Counted from the first letter of the stretch, positions 19,638 through 30,175 are shown. The stretch is 50,417 bases of DNA from Bacilli bacterium (GCA_017447725.1 JAFSMX010000007.1:1-50417); one strand, 5' to 3'. A program made the numbers and translations. The notes: generated by a model not told the origin, from the letters alone.

Positions 19638-21020
19638 TTATGCAATCTGATCTGCGGAGAATGGAATGATTGTCCAGACGCCGGCGGTACGGATTGAGTA
19701 ATCGTTTTTAGCAACAACGCTACGGTCATTCATCCAACGGATGGAACCGCCAATAGCAATTGTTGAGCCAACAGCTGCACTCTTAAGAATTTGATCGCAA
19801 GCACTAACGAATGCATCACTATCCTTACAAGCGTGATAGTCAGTAGCAACGATTAATGGTGTTGTACCAATTAAGACTTCAAATTCATAACGTTCGCTCT
19901 TAGAGTTACAAGCTGAACGGTTTGACATCATATCTGTTAAGACAGTGTCAGAACCAGAAGCGTTTTTAACTTTGTAGATTTTACCGTTAAATTTGACTTC
20001 GGTCTTGGCAACAACTTTGTTGAAGATGGTATTTGTCGCCCAGTTAGTATTCTGAATCATTGTTTCATCATAAGCTTCTGGAGCAACAATTGGTTTAATA
20101 TCTGGATCTGTTCCTTCAATCTTAGCGATCTTTTGAACATAAGATAATTGAATATTACCGAAACCAGAAGAGATTTGTGCTTGAATAGTGATTGGCACAT
20201 TCATGACAGAGTCACGAATGGAAGTCCAACCAGTGTATTCATCTAAACGATAGATTTGAACAGCTTTATCACCGTTTTGAAGAATACCCCAGTTACCGTC
20301 TTGAGCAACATAGGTTAAGATACCTTTTGTTTCAATCCAGTATGCAGCTTGACCATCAACTTGAGATAAGTCTTCGGTATAAGCCCCTGGAATAACAGTA
20401 CCACCGGTATCTTTCTTACCAGTCATCCATGTCAATTTACCATCAGCGGCTTCGTAAAGTTCATCAAGAGACATCTTTTTGAAGACCTTATCAAGTGGGT
20501 TAAGCACAAGAACATAAGTCTTTTCTTTGGTCTCTCCATTACAAGTACCTGTTGCTTTAACAGAGAATCGTGGATAGTTAGCTGTTTCAGCAAGTTGGCT
20601 TGGCCATCCTTTAAATGCAAGGAGGGTCTTTTTACCTTCATCTGATGGTGTTTGGCTTTCAATATAATCAGTGGCTGGTTTAGCTTCGCTACCAACTTTA
20701 GCTGAAAATTCAAATGTGAATGTGAAGTTATAGGTATCGCCGCTATCAAGATCAGCGTAACTACGTTCGTTCGCTAATGTAGCGAATGATGTAGCCGGGG
20801 TCGAAGGCATAACTTGAGCTTCACGGCCTTCAACGACTGATGTTGAAGCACCAACACTAACGGCACCAGAGAATCCGCCTTCCCAGGCGAGTTCTGGAAC
20901 GGCACCGCCGCTTCCACCACTGGTTGATTTTTTCTTCTTGCCGTTGCGTGGAGCGCAAGCAACAAGAGCAACCATCGCGAGTGCTACAAATGCACTTAAT
21001 AGAACTTTTGCTTTTTTCAT
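19638..21020 (-). CDS. Lipoprotein with probable tandem OB-fold domains
   Basis: Signal peptide with lipobox LVAC and a Gly/Ser linker. The C-terminal half has IETKGILTYV..WGILQN..VQIY..ITIQAQIS..GNIQL and VGSTIAIGGSIRW..IIPFSADQI patterns, like the OB folds of extracellular nucleases. Confidence 0.6.
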   Translation of the reverse strand: MKKAKVLLSAFVALAMVALVACAPRNGKKKKSTSGGSGGAVPELAWEGGFSGAVSVGASTSVVEGREAQVMPSTPATSFATLANERSYADLDSGDTYNFTFTFEFSAKVGSEAKPATDYIESQTPSDEGKKTLLAFKGWPSQLAETANYPRFSVKATGTCNGETKEKTYVLVLNPLDKVFKKMSLDELYEAADGKLTWMTGKKDTGGTVIPGAYTEDLSQVDGQAAYWIETKGILTYVAQDGNWGILQNGDKAVQIYRLDEYTGWTSIRDSVMNVPITIQAQISSGFGNIQLSYVQKIAKIEGTDPDIKPIVAPEAYDETMIQNTNWATNTIFNKVVAKTEVKFNGKIYKVKNASGSDTVLTDMMSNRSACNSKSERYEFEVLIGTTPLIVATDYHACKDSDAFVSACDQILKSAAVGSTIAIGGSIRWMNDRSVVAKNDYSIRTAGVWTIIPFSADQIA

Positions 21021-21038
21021 ATTCGAATTTAGCCTCGA

Positions 21039-22655
21039 TTATTGCTTAACGTTTGGATCAATTTCGCCCCAAACAGTATCCATGTAAGTAGAAATATTAT
21101 CTCTAGCACCTGTTGTAACGTTACGAATAACGTTTCCGATCTTACTACGAATAGCGCTAGAACCAAGGAATCCTGGATCAACGAATTTATCCCAACCCTC
21201 AGCATCGTAAACATTCTTGTTTACTTGGCCAGCGCTTTGATACATCTTACGAAGTGCGCTTGGGTTTGGATCGTTAAGTAAGTCTTGGTAAGTTTGGGAA
21301 TTGAACGCAGATTTACTAGCTGGGAAGTAACCAGTAGCGGTAACCCAGGAAGCTTGACGTTCACCGGTACAAAGTTCAACCATCGCATCGAAAGCAGCTT
21401 GTTGTTCGGCTTCTTTCTTATCTTTGGAGGAGAATTGGTTCAATAAACCAAGCGATGTACCTTGGGAAATAACAGCTTTTACAGCTGGATTTACTCCATC
21501 GTTATAGTGTGGAACTGGTAGAACTTCGATACGTTTACTAGCATCTGTGGAGTTAGATAGACCACCGGAAGAACCAACGGTGAATAAGCATTGGCCATCT
21601 TCAAATGCATCAGTACAGAAGTTTACTAAGCTCCAGTCTTGTGGAAGACCGAAACATTTTGCATCGTATAAGTCTTTAAAGAATTCAAGACCTGCTAATG
21701 TTTTGGCTTTATTATTGTTATCCCAGAAACGAGCATAACCATATTCATGGTTGTCGAAGTAAATATCGACAGAGAATTCGGTGTATTTGGCACCCCATTG
21801 GTGAAGCATTGTAATAAAGGCGTTTTCACCGGAGTCATAACCTAAGACACGGAATGAGGAAGCTGTGACTTTAGAAATATCTTGGAGAATTTTCTCACCA
21901 TCAGCTAAGACAACAGCGTCTCTATTTGCGGCATCAGAAATACGGAAATCTGAAGCAACATTGTTAGCATCAACTTTACCAACTAAGAATTTGGCATCAG
22001 TAGCAGTTACTGCTTTACCATATTTGGCATTTGCCATAGCAGCAACAATCTTTGGTCCTTCGGAAGCAATTTGTTGCCATGTCCATTGACCATTTGCTGG
22101 AACAGCAATTGTTGGATCAACATCTTTGACATAGTCAACAAGGTATCCATTAGAAACCATGACTTCTGTGGATTTGTTGAATGGAAGACCCATAATGTAA
22201 CCCTTACGTGAAACACTATCATAACGAATTGTTTCATTTTCTTTGGTGTATTGTGGGTAGAAGTCGCTCATTAAATCGGTATTATGTTTGGTGTTATATT
22301 CTTGAATATATTTATCAAGAGGAATCATGATACCTTTGTGGCAGTACTCAGCAAAGTGATCTGGATAACCATTTGCGAAGTGTGGGAATGTACGTCCGTC
22401 AATGGAGTTAGAAATGTTTGTTTCTAACTTGTTGTAGTTGTTTTGAGATGTGTGGGTAATATGGACTGAACCAGATTTATCTTCGTTATATTTATTAACG
22501 ACTTTTTCGATTTCACCAGTATAGTCCTTACCGAAACCAGTCCACATTTGAAGTTCAACTTGGGCACCGGTTTTGCCGTTCTTACCACAGGCTGCTGCAA
22601 CAACAGCAACACCTAAGACAGAGGCGGCTGAGAGGATTTTTGAAATTTTCTTCAT
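21039..22655 (-). CDS. ABC transporter extracellular solute-binding lipoprotein (CUT1/UgpB-like)
   Basis: Lipobox AAAC. LQMWTGFG, GYPDH, LPFNKSTE, VGSSGG, SQGTSL and TGYFP motifs. Confidence 0.88.
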   Translation of the reverse strand: MKKISKILSAASVLGVAVVAAACGKNGKTGAQVELQMWTGFGKDYTGEIEKVVNKYNEDKSGSVHITHTSQNNYNKLETNISNSIDGRTFPHFANGYPDHFAEYCHKGIMIPLDKYIQEYNTKHNTDLMSDFYPQYTKENETIRYDSVSRKGYIMGLPFNKSTEVMVSNGYLVDYVKDVDPTIAVPANGQWTWQQIASEGPKIVAAMANAKYGKAVTATDAKFLVGKVDANNVASDFRISDAANRDAVVLADGEKILQDISKVTASSFRVLGYDSGENAFITMLHQWGAKYTEFSVDIYFDNHEYGYARFWDNNNKAKTLAGLEFFKDLYDAKCFGLPQDWSLVNFCTDAFEDGQCLFTVGSSGGLSNSTDASKRIEVLPVPHYNDGVNPAVKAVISQGTSLGLLNQFSSKDKKEAEQQAAFDAMVELCTGERQASWVTATGYFPASKSAFNSQTYQDLLNDPNPSALRKMYQSAGQVNKNVYDAEGWDKFVDPGFLGSSAIRSKIGNVIRNVTTGARDNISTYMDTVWGEIDPNVKQ

Positions 22656-22680
22656 AATCTAGAAACCTTTCCTTACCTTT

Positions 22681-23631
22681 TTAACCCTTAATTCCGCTAC
22701 GAGATACACCTTTCATGATGTACTTACGGAAAATTAGGAAGAAGACGAATAATGGGAAGGTAACAACCATTGATCCGGCAATCTTAATTGCGTCGAGACC
22801 TTTAGCAATGTCAGAGTTGAACAAGGACATTAAACCATTGGAGACGAGTTGCATGTTATAGCTCTTGTCGTATTTCCAACCACCGTTTGCAACAAGTAGT
22901 GGCCAGACGTATGAGTTCCAAGCACCCATCAAGGACAAGATGATAATAGTGACGATTGTTGGCATGGCAATTGGGACCATTACCTTTATAAGGTAACCAA
23001 CATCGCCGACACCGTCGACTTTCGCCGCGAGGTAAAGTTCGTTCGGAATTTGTTGGAATGTTTGTCTTAAATAGAAGATATAGAAGACAGACACGCCATG
23101 AACGAAGATCAAGGCAGAGAATGTGTATTCCCAGTCGAGTGATTTAGTGGTCTTATAGTTGGTAAGAACCATCAATTCACCTGGAATCATCATCGTAGCG
23201 AGGAGCAGTGTAAATAAGATGTTTTTGCCTTTGAACTCAAGACGGGCAAACGCGAAGGCTGCTAGAACAGCAGTGACCACTGTTACAGCTGTTGAACCAA
23301 CAGCAGTAATAAGTGTGTTCAAGTAATACTGGGCAAAGCTCGGTCGTGCTTCTGTCGCACCAGTAATTCTGTTCACGATTTGTCCTGAGAAAATGGCTTC
23401 AAAGTTTGAGAACGACCATTTATTGAAACCAATCAGTTCAAAGTTCGCTGTCTTAGTGAACTCGTCGAAGCTCTCGGCATCAGTTAATGAGCCAACAAGC
23501 ATAAAGACGAATGGAAGTAGCATAAACAAGGCAAAAAGTGTTACGAATGTGTAAAGAAAAATTGACGAAGCAATTTTCTTTGCTTTATAGCGTCTTAAGG
23601 CGCCTTCATCAGCAAAATATAATTCAGCCAT
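22681..23631 (-). CDS. Carbohydrate-type ABC permease (MalG/UgpE-like)
   Basis: AAFAFARLEF, EAA-like loop ELYLAAKVDG, and WNSYVWP. Confidence 0.92.
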   Translation of the reverse strand: MAELYFADEGALRRYKAKKIASSIFLYTFVTLFALFMLLPFVFMLVGSLTDAESFDEFTKTANFELIGFNKWSFSNFEAIFSGQIVNRITGATEARPSFAQYYLNTLITAVGSTAVTVVTAVLAAFAFARLEFKGKNILFTLLLATMMIPGELMVLTNYKTTKSLDWEYTFSALIFVHGVSVFYIFYLRQTFQQIPNELYLAAKVDGVGDVGYLIKVMVPIAMPTIVTIIILSLMGAWNSYVWPLLVANGGWKYDKSYNMQLVSNGLMSLFNSDIAKGLDAIKIAGSMVVTFPLFVFFLIFRKYIMKGVSRSGIKG

Positions 23632-23646
23632 AATTTACCTCCTTCC

Positions 23647-24798
23647 TTAATAGTGCACTCTCTTTTTGCTTACAGCAAATTGAATGACAGTGATAAATAA
23701 GATAATTGCTAAGAGGACTAAAGAGCCAGCCGCAGCAATACCTGGTTTAGATAAGTTACCGGAGGATGGATCCATTTGTTTGTAAATCCAACCAACGACT
23801 GGCATCCAGTCATAACCTTCGGTACCACCAAAGTAGAATCCACTACCATTGATGTTGGTATAAACAGACATAACGCCTGAATACATCTTGAACGCACCGA
23901 TAAACGACGTAATGGTAATGTATAAGATTTGTGGAGAGAGTAACGGTAAAGTGATTCTTCTCCAAATTGTAAAGCCACTTGATCCGTCGATCTTCGCGGC
24001 ATCAGTATATTGCTTATCAATCGTTGCTAAACCTGCCATAAAGACAAGAATTTTAAAGGCAATACCACTCCAAACAGAGTTTGTAACAATAACAATCGCT
24101 TGATTGAACTTACTTGCCGGTGGCAAGACTGCTACAAGTTTATCACCAACCCAATATTCATACGCACTTGGGTTTAAGAAGTTAACTGGTTTTCCACCTA
24201 AAGCAGTGATAATCACGTTAATGATACCACCTGGTGTATGGGAGAATAACATGTTAAAGACTAAACCTAACGCAATTGCGTTAGTAACGTATGGAAGGAA
24301 GAAGATTGTTTGGTATAAACCCTTTAAGGCTTTGATGTTATTTAAGAACGAAGCAATAACTAAAGAGACGATAATTGTTAAAGGAACTTCAACAATAACG
24401 AGAATCGCTGTGTTTGCAATCGTTGCTGGGAAGTGCGCATCTTGGAACAGATACACAAAGTTGTTAAACCCGAACGATGGCATGCGACGATACATATCGC
24501 AAACATCTGGATGGAATAGGTTCCAGTTAACACATGGTTCTTCTAGCGATTTAAAGAAACTACCAAGAGCAAAACTGCCAGCGCCTTCAACGAATTCAAA
24601 GTCGTTGATGAAGGCCATGAAGAAAGCGTTGATGATTGGATAGAACATAAACAGCACTAAGAAGATTAATGCTGGAATAAGGACGATCCAAGCAACAGCC
24701 CACTGTGGCAAGCTAATACGACGACGTTTTCCAATGACTTTTTTGTCACGAATATCATCGTAATTCACAGCTGGTAATTTAATTGCTTTTTCAGCCAT
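23647..24798 (-). CDS. Carbohydrate-type ABC permease (MalF/UgpA-like)
   Basis: FFLPYVT, EAA-like loop YTDAAKIDG, and ITLPLLSP. Confidence 0.92.
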   Translation of the reverse strand: MAEKAIKLPAVNYDDIRDKKVIGKRRRISLPQWAVAWIVLIPALIFLVLFMFYPIINAFFMAFINDFEFVEGAGSFALGSFFKSLEEPCVNWNLFHPDVCDMYRRMPSFGFNNFVYLFQDAHFPATIANTAILVIVEVPLTIIVSLVIASFLNNIKALKGLYQTIFFLPYVTNAIALGLVFNMLFSHTPGGIINVIITALGGKPVNFLNPSAYEYWVGDKLVAVLPPASKFNQAIVIVTNSVWSGIAFKILVFMAGLATIDKQYTDAAKIDGSSGFTIWRRITLPLLSPQILYITITSFIGAFKMYSGVMSVYTNINGSGFYFGGTEGYDWMPVVGWIYKQMDPSSGNLSKPGIAAAGSLVLLAIILFITVIQFAVSKKRVHY

Positions 24799-24840
24799 CT
24801 AATTTCTCCTTTCTTTTTTCGTAAGATAAATAGTTGAAAA

Positions 24841-26292
24841 TTATTTAATTCTTTCTCCTTCTTCTTCAAAGACGTAGAAACGTTTTGGATTGAATTGGAG
24901 TTTTTCTTTTCCAAGGATTTCATCGCGAAGTTCGCTTGGAATGATAACTTTCAAGTGGTTTTCTGGTTGTTCATCGACATGTCCAACTACGTTGATATCA
25001 CGTCCGATGTTTTCCACTTGTTTAACAGTGACTGGAATTAAGCCACCTTTCTTAACAAATGTGAAAGCTTCTGGACGGACAGCAATTTTGACCTTTCTGT
25101 CAACTTTTCCATAAACCTTATCTGTATCGAAAACTTTACCGTTGAGGAGAAGTTTTCCACCTTTGATTTCTCCATCAAAGACGTTAATTGCTGGAGAACC
25201 AAGGAATTTTGCTACGAACAAGTTTGCAGGTTCTTCATAAACCTTTTGTGGTTCGTCGATTTGTTGCACAACACCAAGTTTCATAACAACAATGACATCA
25301 GAGATGGACATTGCTTCTTCTTGGTCGTGTGTAACGAACACAGTTGTAATACCAGTTTCACGTTGAATACGTTTAATTTCTTCACGAGTTTGAAGTCTTA
25401 AACGAGCATCAAGGTTGGAAAGTGGTTCGTCAAGTAAGAGAACTTTTGGAGTCTTAGCAAGAGCACGTGCAATAGCGACACGCTGTTGTTGACCACCAGA
25501 GAGTTCTTTTGGCTTACGATCGAGATATTGATCGATGTCGACGATTTTAGCCATTTCGAATGCAATCGCATCTTTATCAGCTTTAGATAATCTTGTTTTG
25601 GCTTTTTCTTTAGCAGCTTCAGGATCTTTTTCCTTGAGTTCTTGGAAAGCGGCCTTAGCTTTTTCAAGATTAACAATTGCCTCATCAAGACACTTATGAG
25701 CACTTTCTAAATGTTTTTCGAGATTTGGAATGCGCTCTGTAGAAGATTTAATGACTGCTTCAGCGTGTTTGATTGCATCTTCACATTCTTCTGCTAAAAC
25801 AGCATCTTCACGTTGTTCCGCTTTTTCTTTTTTCGCTTGTGCTTTGACGATAGCGGCTTCGGCTTTTTTAATTGCCTTCTTGCATTCATCGATGTCGTGT
25901 TCAGTTGTCCTAATGTCGTGTTTAGCATCCACTACAGCGTTTTGTTCTTCGCCAAATGGACCAGCAAAACGGACATTGTCGAGAGGGAATTGGATGTTTT
26001 GTCTCACAGAAAGATGTGGATAAAGAGCATAGTTTTGGAAGACTAAGCCAATACCACGGTTTTCTGGAGGTAAGTTGGTAACATCCGAATCACCGAACCA
26101 AATATGACCATCTGTTGGTTTGTGTAAACCAGCGATCATATAAAGCGTTGTTGATTTACCACAACCAGATGGACCTAAAAGCCCGACGAGTTTTCCGTCA
26201 GGTATCGTAAAGTTCATATGATTTACAGCAGTTGTCTCAACACCTTTTCGACCGATGAAGGTTTTCGTTAGATTTTCAATTCTAACTTCCAT
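24841..26292 (-). CDS. ABC ATPase (MalK/UgpC-like) with a ~125-aa coiled-coil insertion
   Basis: GPSGCGKST, FQNYALYPH, LSGGQQQR, LLLDEPLSNLD and VTHDQEEA motifs, with a C-terminal TOBE-like region. Confidence 0.93.
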   Translation of the reverse strand: MEVRIENLTKTFIGRKGVETTAVNHMNFTIPDGKLVGLLGPSGCGKSTTLYMIAGLHKPTDGHIWFGDSDVTNLPPENRGIGLVFQNYALYPHLSVRQNIQFPLDNVRFAGPFGEEQNAVVDAKHDIRTTEHDIDECKKAIKKAEAAIVKAQAKKEKAEQREDAVLAEECEDAIKHAEAVIKSSTERIPNLEKHLESAHKCLDEAIVNLEKAKAAFQELKEKDPEAAKEKAKTRLSKADKDAIAFEMAKIVDIDQYLDRKPKELSGGQQQRVAIARALAKTPKVLLLDEPLSNLDARLRLQTREEIKRIQRETGITTVFVTHDQEEAMSISDVIVVMKLGVVQQIDEPQKVYEEPANLFVAKFLGSPAINVFDGEIKGGKLLLNGKVFDTDKVYGKVDRKVKIAVRPEAFTFVKKGGLIPVTVKQVENIGRDINVVGHVDEQPENHLKVIIPSELRDEILGKEKLQFNPKRFYVFEEEGERIK

Positions 26293-26419
26293 ATTGTACC
26301 TCCTATGGTATTAATCGTAGCTGTAACTACACGTAAATAATAACATAGTTATTTCTTAAGGTTAAACAGAAGATAAAAACAAAATTATTTCTTGAAATAA
26401 AAATATTCAGGTTTTGCAA

Positions 26420-26443
26420 GAAAAAAACCAGCAATTGCTGGCT
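26420..26443 (-). terminator. Terminator after the RDD pair
   Basis: CCAGCAATTGCTGG palindrome (26428-26441) followed by a T tract on the minus strand. Confidence 0.75.
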
Positions 26444-27698
26444 ATTTTTCCTTTTTCGAAGTACCTCGTTTTTTATCGATTTTTTTCTTTAAATCTTTGT
26501 CGACAATCTTAGATCCAACCTGGATAATATTGGCGTTTTCTGGTTCATAAGAATTGAGTTTTTCGAGGTTTGCATTAACTCGATTTTGCTTTCTTTCTTC
26601 TTCGGTTGCATTATCAAAATAGACCGAAGTTTTTTCATCAATCGCAAGTGTCATGGCGGCAAAGTCATGAGGTGAACGACGCTCTTTATTTGTCAGCATT
26701 ACAATCAAGATAATAACTGCTCCGATACCAAGAGTAGCGATAGAAGTTAATCCAAATCCAACAATGAATAAGGAGAATGAAATTTCTACTAAGAAGATTA
26801 ACTGACGGAACAAGATTTGTCGCTTCTTGGCTCGGTAACCAAGTTTAGAAATAACGGCAATACCAAGTGTCTTCTTACCAAGTGTCGCTCCATCTTTAAA
26901 TAACATAGGAATTAAGATATATAATCCACCAACGACGAATAAGTACGTTGGAATGTAGCACCAAAGTTGAATTGCTCGAACATTTCCTTGTAAGGATTGC
27001 ATATAGTCGGTGTAATAGAATTCTTTTGTCGCATCATAAAGGCGTTTATTAATATCGTTAATAGCCTCATCTTTGTTTGCGCCTTCCTTTAAAACTGGTA
27101 ACCCTTCATAGTCAACATGATCATCAACGACTGGATAAGAATAATAAGGAGATTGATTTTCTTCTCCTTCAGGGGCTAATCCCATGATTTTGGTGTTGAA
27201 ATACACTTTAGTGTATATCTCGCTTGGAAGCTTTCCATCAATCTTATCTAAATAGTGTGGCGAAACGAAATGATCCTTCACCGCATCATAAGTTTTTGAT
27301 TCAGTATTATTTGGAAGTTCAACACGAGTTAAGTCACCAGTTAAATAAACAGTATAGTAATACTGAAGATGGGCAATTCTTTGATCGAGAGTAAAATCTC
27401 CAACATTTCTCGTTTCATTTACTCTTTGGAGATATTGGTTATTGATTTTTTCACTGAAGTCTTTGACTTCGATTGGTTGATATTTTCCAGTGTCATCTTG
27501 TTGCATCCACATGTATAAGTGCGAAGAGATTTCGTACTGATAAATATCACTAACATCGGCATCATATGTTGTTGCTTTTCGAGCAATTGGGGTCGCGACA
27601 TAAGTCACTAAAATAAAATATAAGAAGAAAGCAAAAATAGCATCCATGAAGGCGGCAACAATTCGTCTAAAAAGTGGGGCTATTTCAATTTTTTTCAT
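26442..27698 (-). CDS. RDD family membrane protein with a large extracytoplasmic insert
   Basis: APLFRRIVAAFMD, TLGKK and RSPHDFAAMT motifs, split by a ~200-aa soluble loop. Confidence 0.82.
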   Translation of the reverse strand: MKKIEIAPLFRRIVAAFMDAIFAFFLYFILVTYVATPIARKATTYDADVSDIYQYEISSHLYMWMQQDDTGKYQPIEVKDFSEKINNQYLQRVNETRNVGDFTLDQRIAHLQYYYTVYLTGDLTRVELPNNTESKTYDAVKDHFVSPHYLDKIDGKLPSEIYTKVYFNTKIMGLAPEGEENQSPYYSYPVVDDHVDYEGLPVLKEGANKDEAINDINKRLYDATKEFYYTDYMQSLQGNVRAIQLWCYIPTYLFVVGGLYILIPMLFKDGATLGKKTLGIAVISKLGYRAKKRQILFRQLIFLVEISFSLFIVGFGLTSIATLGIGAVIILIVMLTNKERRSPHDFAAMTLAIDEKTSVYFDNATEEERKQNRVNANLEKLNSYEPENANIIQVGSKIVDKDLKKKIDKKRGTSKKEK

Positions 27699-28813
27699 TG
27701 TAAATCTTCTGCTTCGATAAACTCTTCTTCATCGATTTCCGAATCAAAAATGATTGAACTTTCAGCATCAATTACAAGGGTTCTGCCGGTATAATCGTGT
27801 AAAGCGCAGTGTTTTGGAGAGGCAGCAGTTAGACCACCACTGACCATGAAAATTACCGCAGCAATGGAGAATGCAATGTAGTAACTTGGAAGTGGAAGTA
27901 AGAAGATCAAAGCTAACGTTAAAATTAACGGAGTTACTCTTAAGAGTAGTTGATATTTCTGCATCTTATATCCATCAATCGCACACAAGCCAAGTTTCAT
28001 AATCTTCTTACCAATTGAAGCGTTATTTTTCATAAACATTGGAATGATTACGTAACTAATTAAAGAGGCCAAAACTGCCGGAATTAACCAGGAAACTGCG
28101 GTTAAAAATGTAATTTTGTCATAATACGGACGATAAAAATTTTGGTTCATTAAACTACCAAAATAAGCTTGTTTATATTTCTCGTATAAAACAGCGGCGG
28201 TTTCGCCTTCGGTGACTTCCACCACTTTGCCTTGTTTTGTGGAGTAGTGTTCAGTGCGACGAACACCGATTTTTGTTTTGTCAATAACGTCACCAGTTTT
28301 GTCGTACATAAAATAAGCTGTTGATGTTTCGGATGGTTCATCTTCCTTAATTTCTAAAATATTCTCGTTAAACCATGCCACTGTGTAATAGTTAACTGGA
28401 AGAGTTTCTGTTCCACTAACGTATTCTTTATAGTTTGGAGCTTTATAAGCATCTTGATCACCAGTGTAACCTTCTGGAATCTCTACTCCTTCACCAGTTA
28501 AATAATGTAAATAATAATAAGAAAGAATATCCAAATAGAGTTGGTAGTTTCCTTCTTGCTTGTATTGCTTTCGAGTTTTGCTTTCTTCGTCATAATAGAA
28601 AAGATGTGAATTAAAATCACATGGATAAAGCTTCTCATAACACGCATCAATCGATGGGTTAAAAGCAAACTTCACCGCTCCAAAAGCAAGGACGATAGTA
28701 AAGAGTAAGGTCAAGGCAGCATCAACTAAAAAGGCGGTAATTCTTTTACCAATTGGGGCCATTAAAGTATGACGCGGAAGACTCTGTCCTTTTTTCTCTT
28801 TAAACTGACTCAT
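27695..28813 (-). CDS. RDD family membrane protein with a large extracytoplasmic insert
   Basis: APIGKRITAFLVD, SIGKK and ALHDYTGRT motifs. Paralogue of the downstream gene. Confidence 0.82.
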   Translation of the reverse strand: MSQFKEKKGQSLPRHTLMAPIGKRITAFLVDAALTLLFTIVLAFGAVKFAFNPSIDACYEKLYPCDFNSHLFYYDEESKTRKQYKQEGNYQLYLDILSYYYLHYLTGEGVEIPEGYTGDQDAYKAPNYKEYVSGTETLPVNYYTVAWFNENILEIKEDEPSETSTAYFMYDKTGDVIDKTKIGVRRTEHYSTKQGKVVEVTEGETAAVLYEKYKQAYFGSLMNQNFYRPYYDKITFLTAVSWLIPAVLASLISYVIIPMFMKNNASIGKKIMKLGLCAIDGYKMQKYQLLLRVTPLILTLALIFLLPLPSYYIAFSIAAVIFMVSGGLTAASPKHCALHDYTGRTLVIDAESSIIFDSEIDEEEFIEAEDLQ

Positions 28814-28850
28814 TACAATAATTATTTATTAAATAAGGAAGAAAGACAAC

Positions 28851-28874
28851 AAAAAAGACCTCCGAAGAGGTCTT
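28851..28874 (-). terminator. Terminator of tuf
   Basis: The minus strand reads AAGACCTC-TTCG-GAGGTCTTTTTT. Confidence 0.9.
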
Positions 28875-28896
28875 AAATTGTAATTGTTTTCAACAA

Positions 28897-30075
28897 TTAT
28901 TTGATAATTTCGGTAACAGAACCAGATCCAACTGTACGGCCACCTTCACGAATGGAGAACTTGGTTCCCTTTTCGATAGCGACTGGGTGGATGAGTTCGA
29001 CTGTTAATTCGACGTTATCACCTGGCATAACCATTTCAACGCCAGCTGGAAGTGTAATCACACCAGTAATATCTGTTGTGTTGAAGTAGAATTGTGGACG
29101 GTAGTTGCTTAAGAAAGCAGTGTGACGGCCACCTTCTTCTTTCTTCAAAACGTAGACGGAAGCGGTGAATTTGGTATGTGGGGTAATTGATCCTGGTTTA
29201 GCAAGGACTTGACCACGGACGACTTGGTCACGGTTGATACCACGTAAGAGGGCACCAACGTTGTCACCTGGTTCAGCGTAATCAAGAATCTTACGGAACA
29301 TTTCAAGACCAGTAACGACTGATTTTTGAGTATCTTTAATACCAACAATTTCAACTTCGTCGTTGACATGGATAATACCACGTTCAACTCTACCAGTAAC
29401 GACTGTTCCACGACCAGTAATGGTGAGAACGTCTTCGATTGGCATTAAGAATGGTTTGTCTTTATCGTGTTGTGGAAGTGGAATGTAGCTATCAACAGCT
29501 GCCATGAGTTCATCGATGCAAGAAGAATCACCACCATCGAGGGCCACTTTTGCGGAACCACGAATGACTGGGACTTCATCACCTGGGAATCCATAGGAAC
29601 TTAAGAGATCACGGACATCCATTTCGACTAAGTCGATAAGTTCTGGGTCGTCAACTAAATCACATTTGTTTAAGAAGACAACGATGTATGGAACACCAAC
29701 TTGACGAGCAAGAAGAATGTGTTCACGAGTTTGTGGCATAACACCATCTGTAGCTGCAACAACGAGGATTGCGCCATCCATTTGGGCAGCACCGGTAATC
29801 ATGTTTTTAACATAGTCGGCGTGTCCCGGGCAGTCAACGTGAGCATAGTGACGATTGGCTGTCTCGTATTCGATGTGGGCAGTATTAATTGTAATACCAC
29901 GGGCCTTTTCTTCTGGAGCAGCATCGATTTCATCGTATGCTTTGGCCACTGCTCCACCCTTCTTAGCAAGGGTAGCTGTGATAGCAGCAGTTAAGGTTGT
30001 TTTACCATGGTCAACGTGTCCAATGGTACCAACGTTTAAGTGTGGTTTGCTTCTATCAAATTTTGCTTTTGCCAT
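28897..30075 (-). CDS. tuf: Elongation factor Tu
   Basis: [26 protein letters not shown] and NKCD motifs. Confidence 0.99.
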   Translation of the reverse strand: MAKAKFDRSKPHLNVGTIGHVDHGKTTLTAAITATLAKKGGAVAKAYDEIDAAPEEKARGITINTAHIEYETANRHYAHVDCPGHADYVKNMITGAAQMDGAILVVAATDGVMPQTREHILLARQVGVPYIVVFLNKCDLVDDPELIDLVEMDVRDLLSSYGFPGDEVPVIRGSAKVALDGGDSSCIDELMAAVDSYIPLPQHDKDKPFLMPIEDVLTITGRGTVVTGRVERGIIHVNDEVEIVGIKDTQKSVVTGLEMFRKILDYAEPGDNVGALLRGINRDQVVRGQVLAKPGSITPHTKFTASVYVLKKEEGGRHTAFLSNYRPQFYFNTTDITGVITLPAGVEMVMPGDNVELTVELIHPVAIEKGTKFSIREGGRTVGSGSVTEIIK

Positions 30076-30125
30076 AGTTTGAATTTTCCTCCTTTTGGAT
30101 CGATTTCGTAAAATTCAACGAAATC

Positions 30126-30154
30126 ATAATATAGCAAGTGACGGTTTAAATCAA
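30126..30154 (-). promoter_or_regulatory. Internal tuf promoter
   Basis: TTGATT-17 bp-TATTAT in the fusA-tuf spacer. Confidence 0.6.
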
Positions 30155-30175
30155 CACAATGTGTTAATTTGCACC

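Noticed and set aside
19380-19640. Prophage or ICE integrated at tRNA-Lys
   Set aside because: There is no integrase and I saw no direct repeat of the tRNA 3' end. The only repeat is short and inverted.
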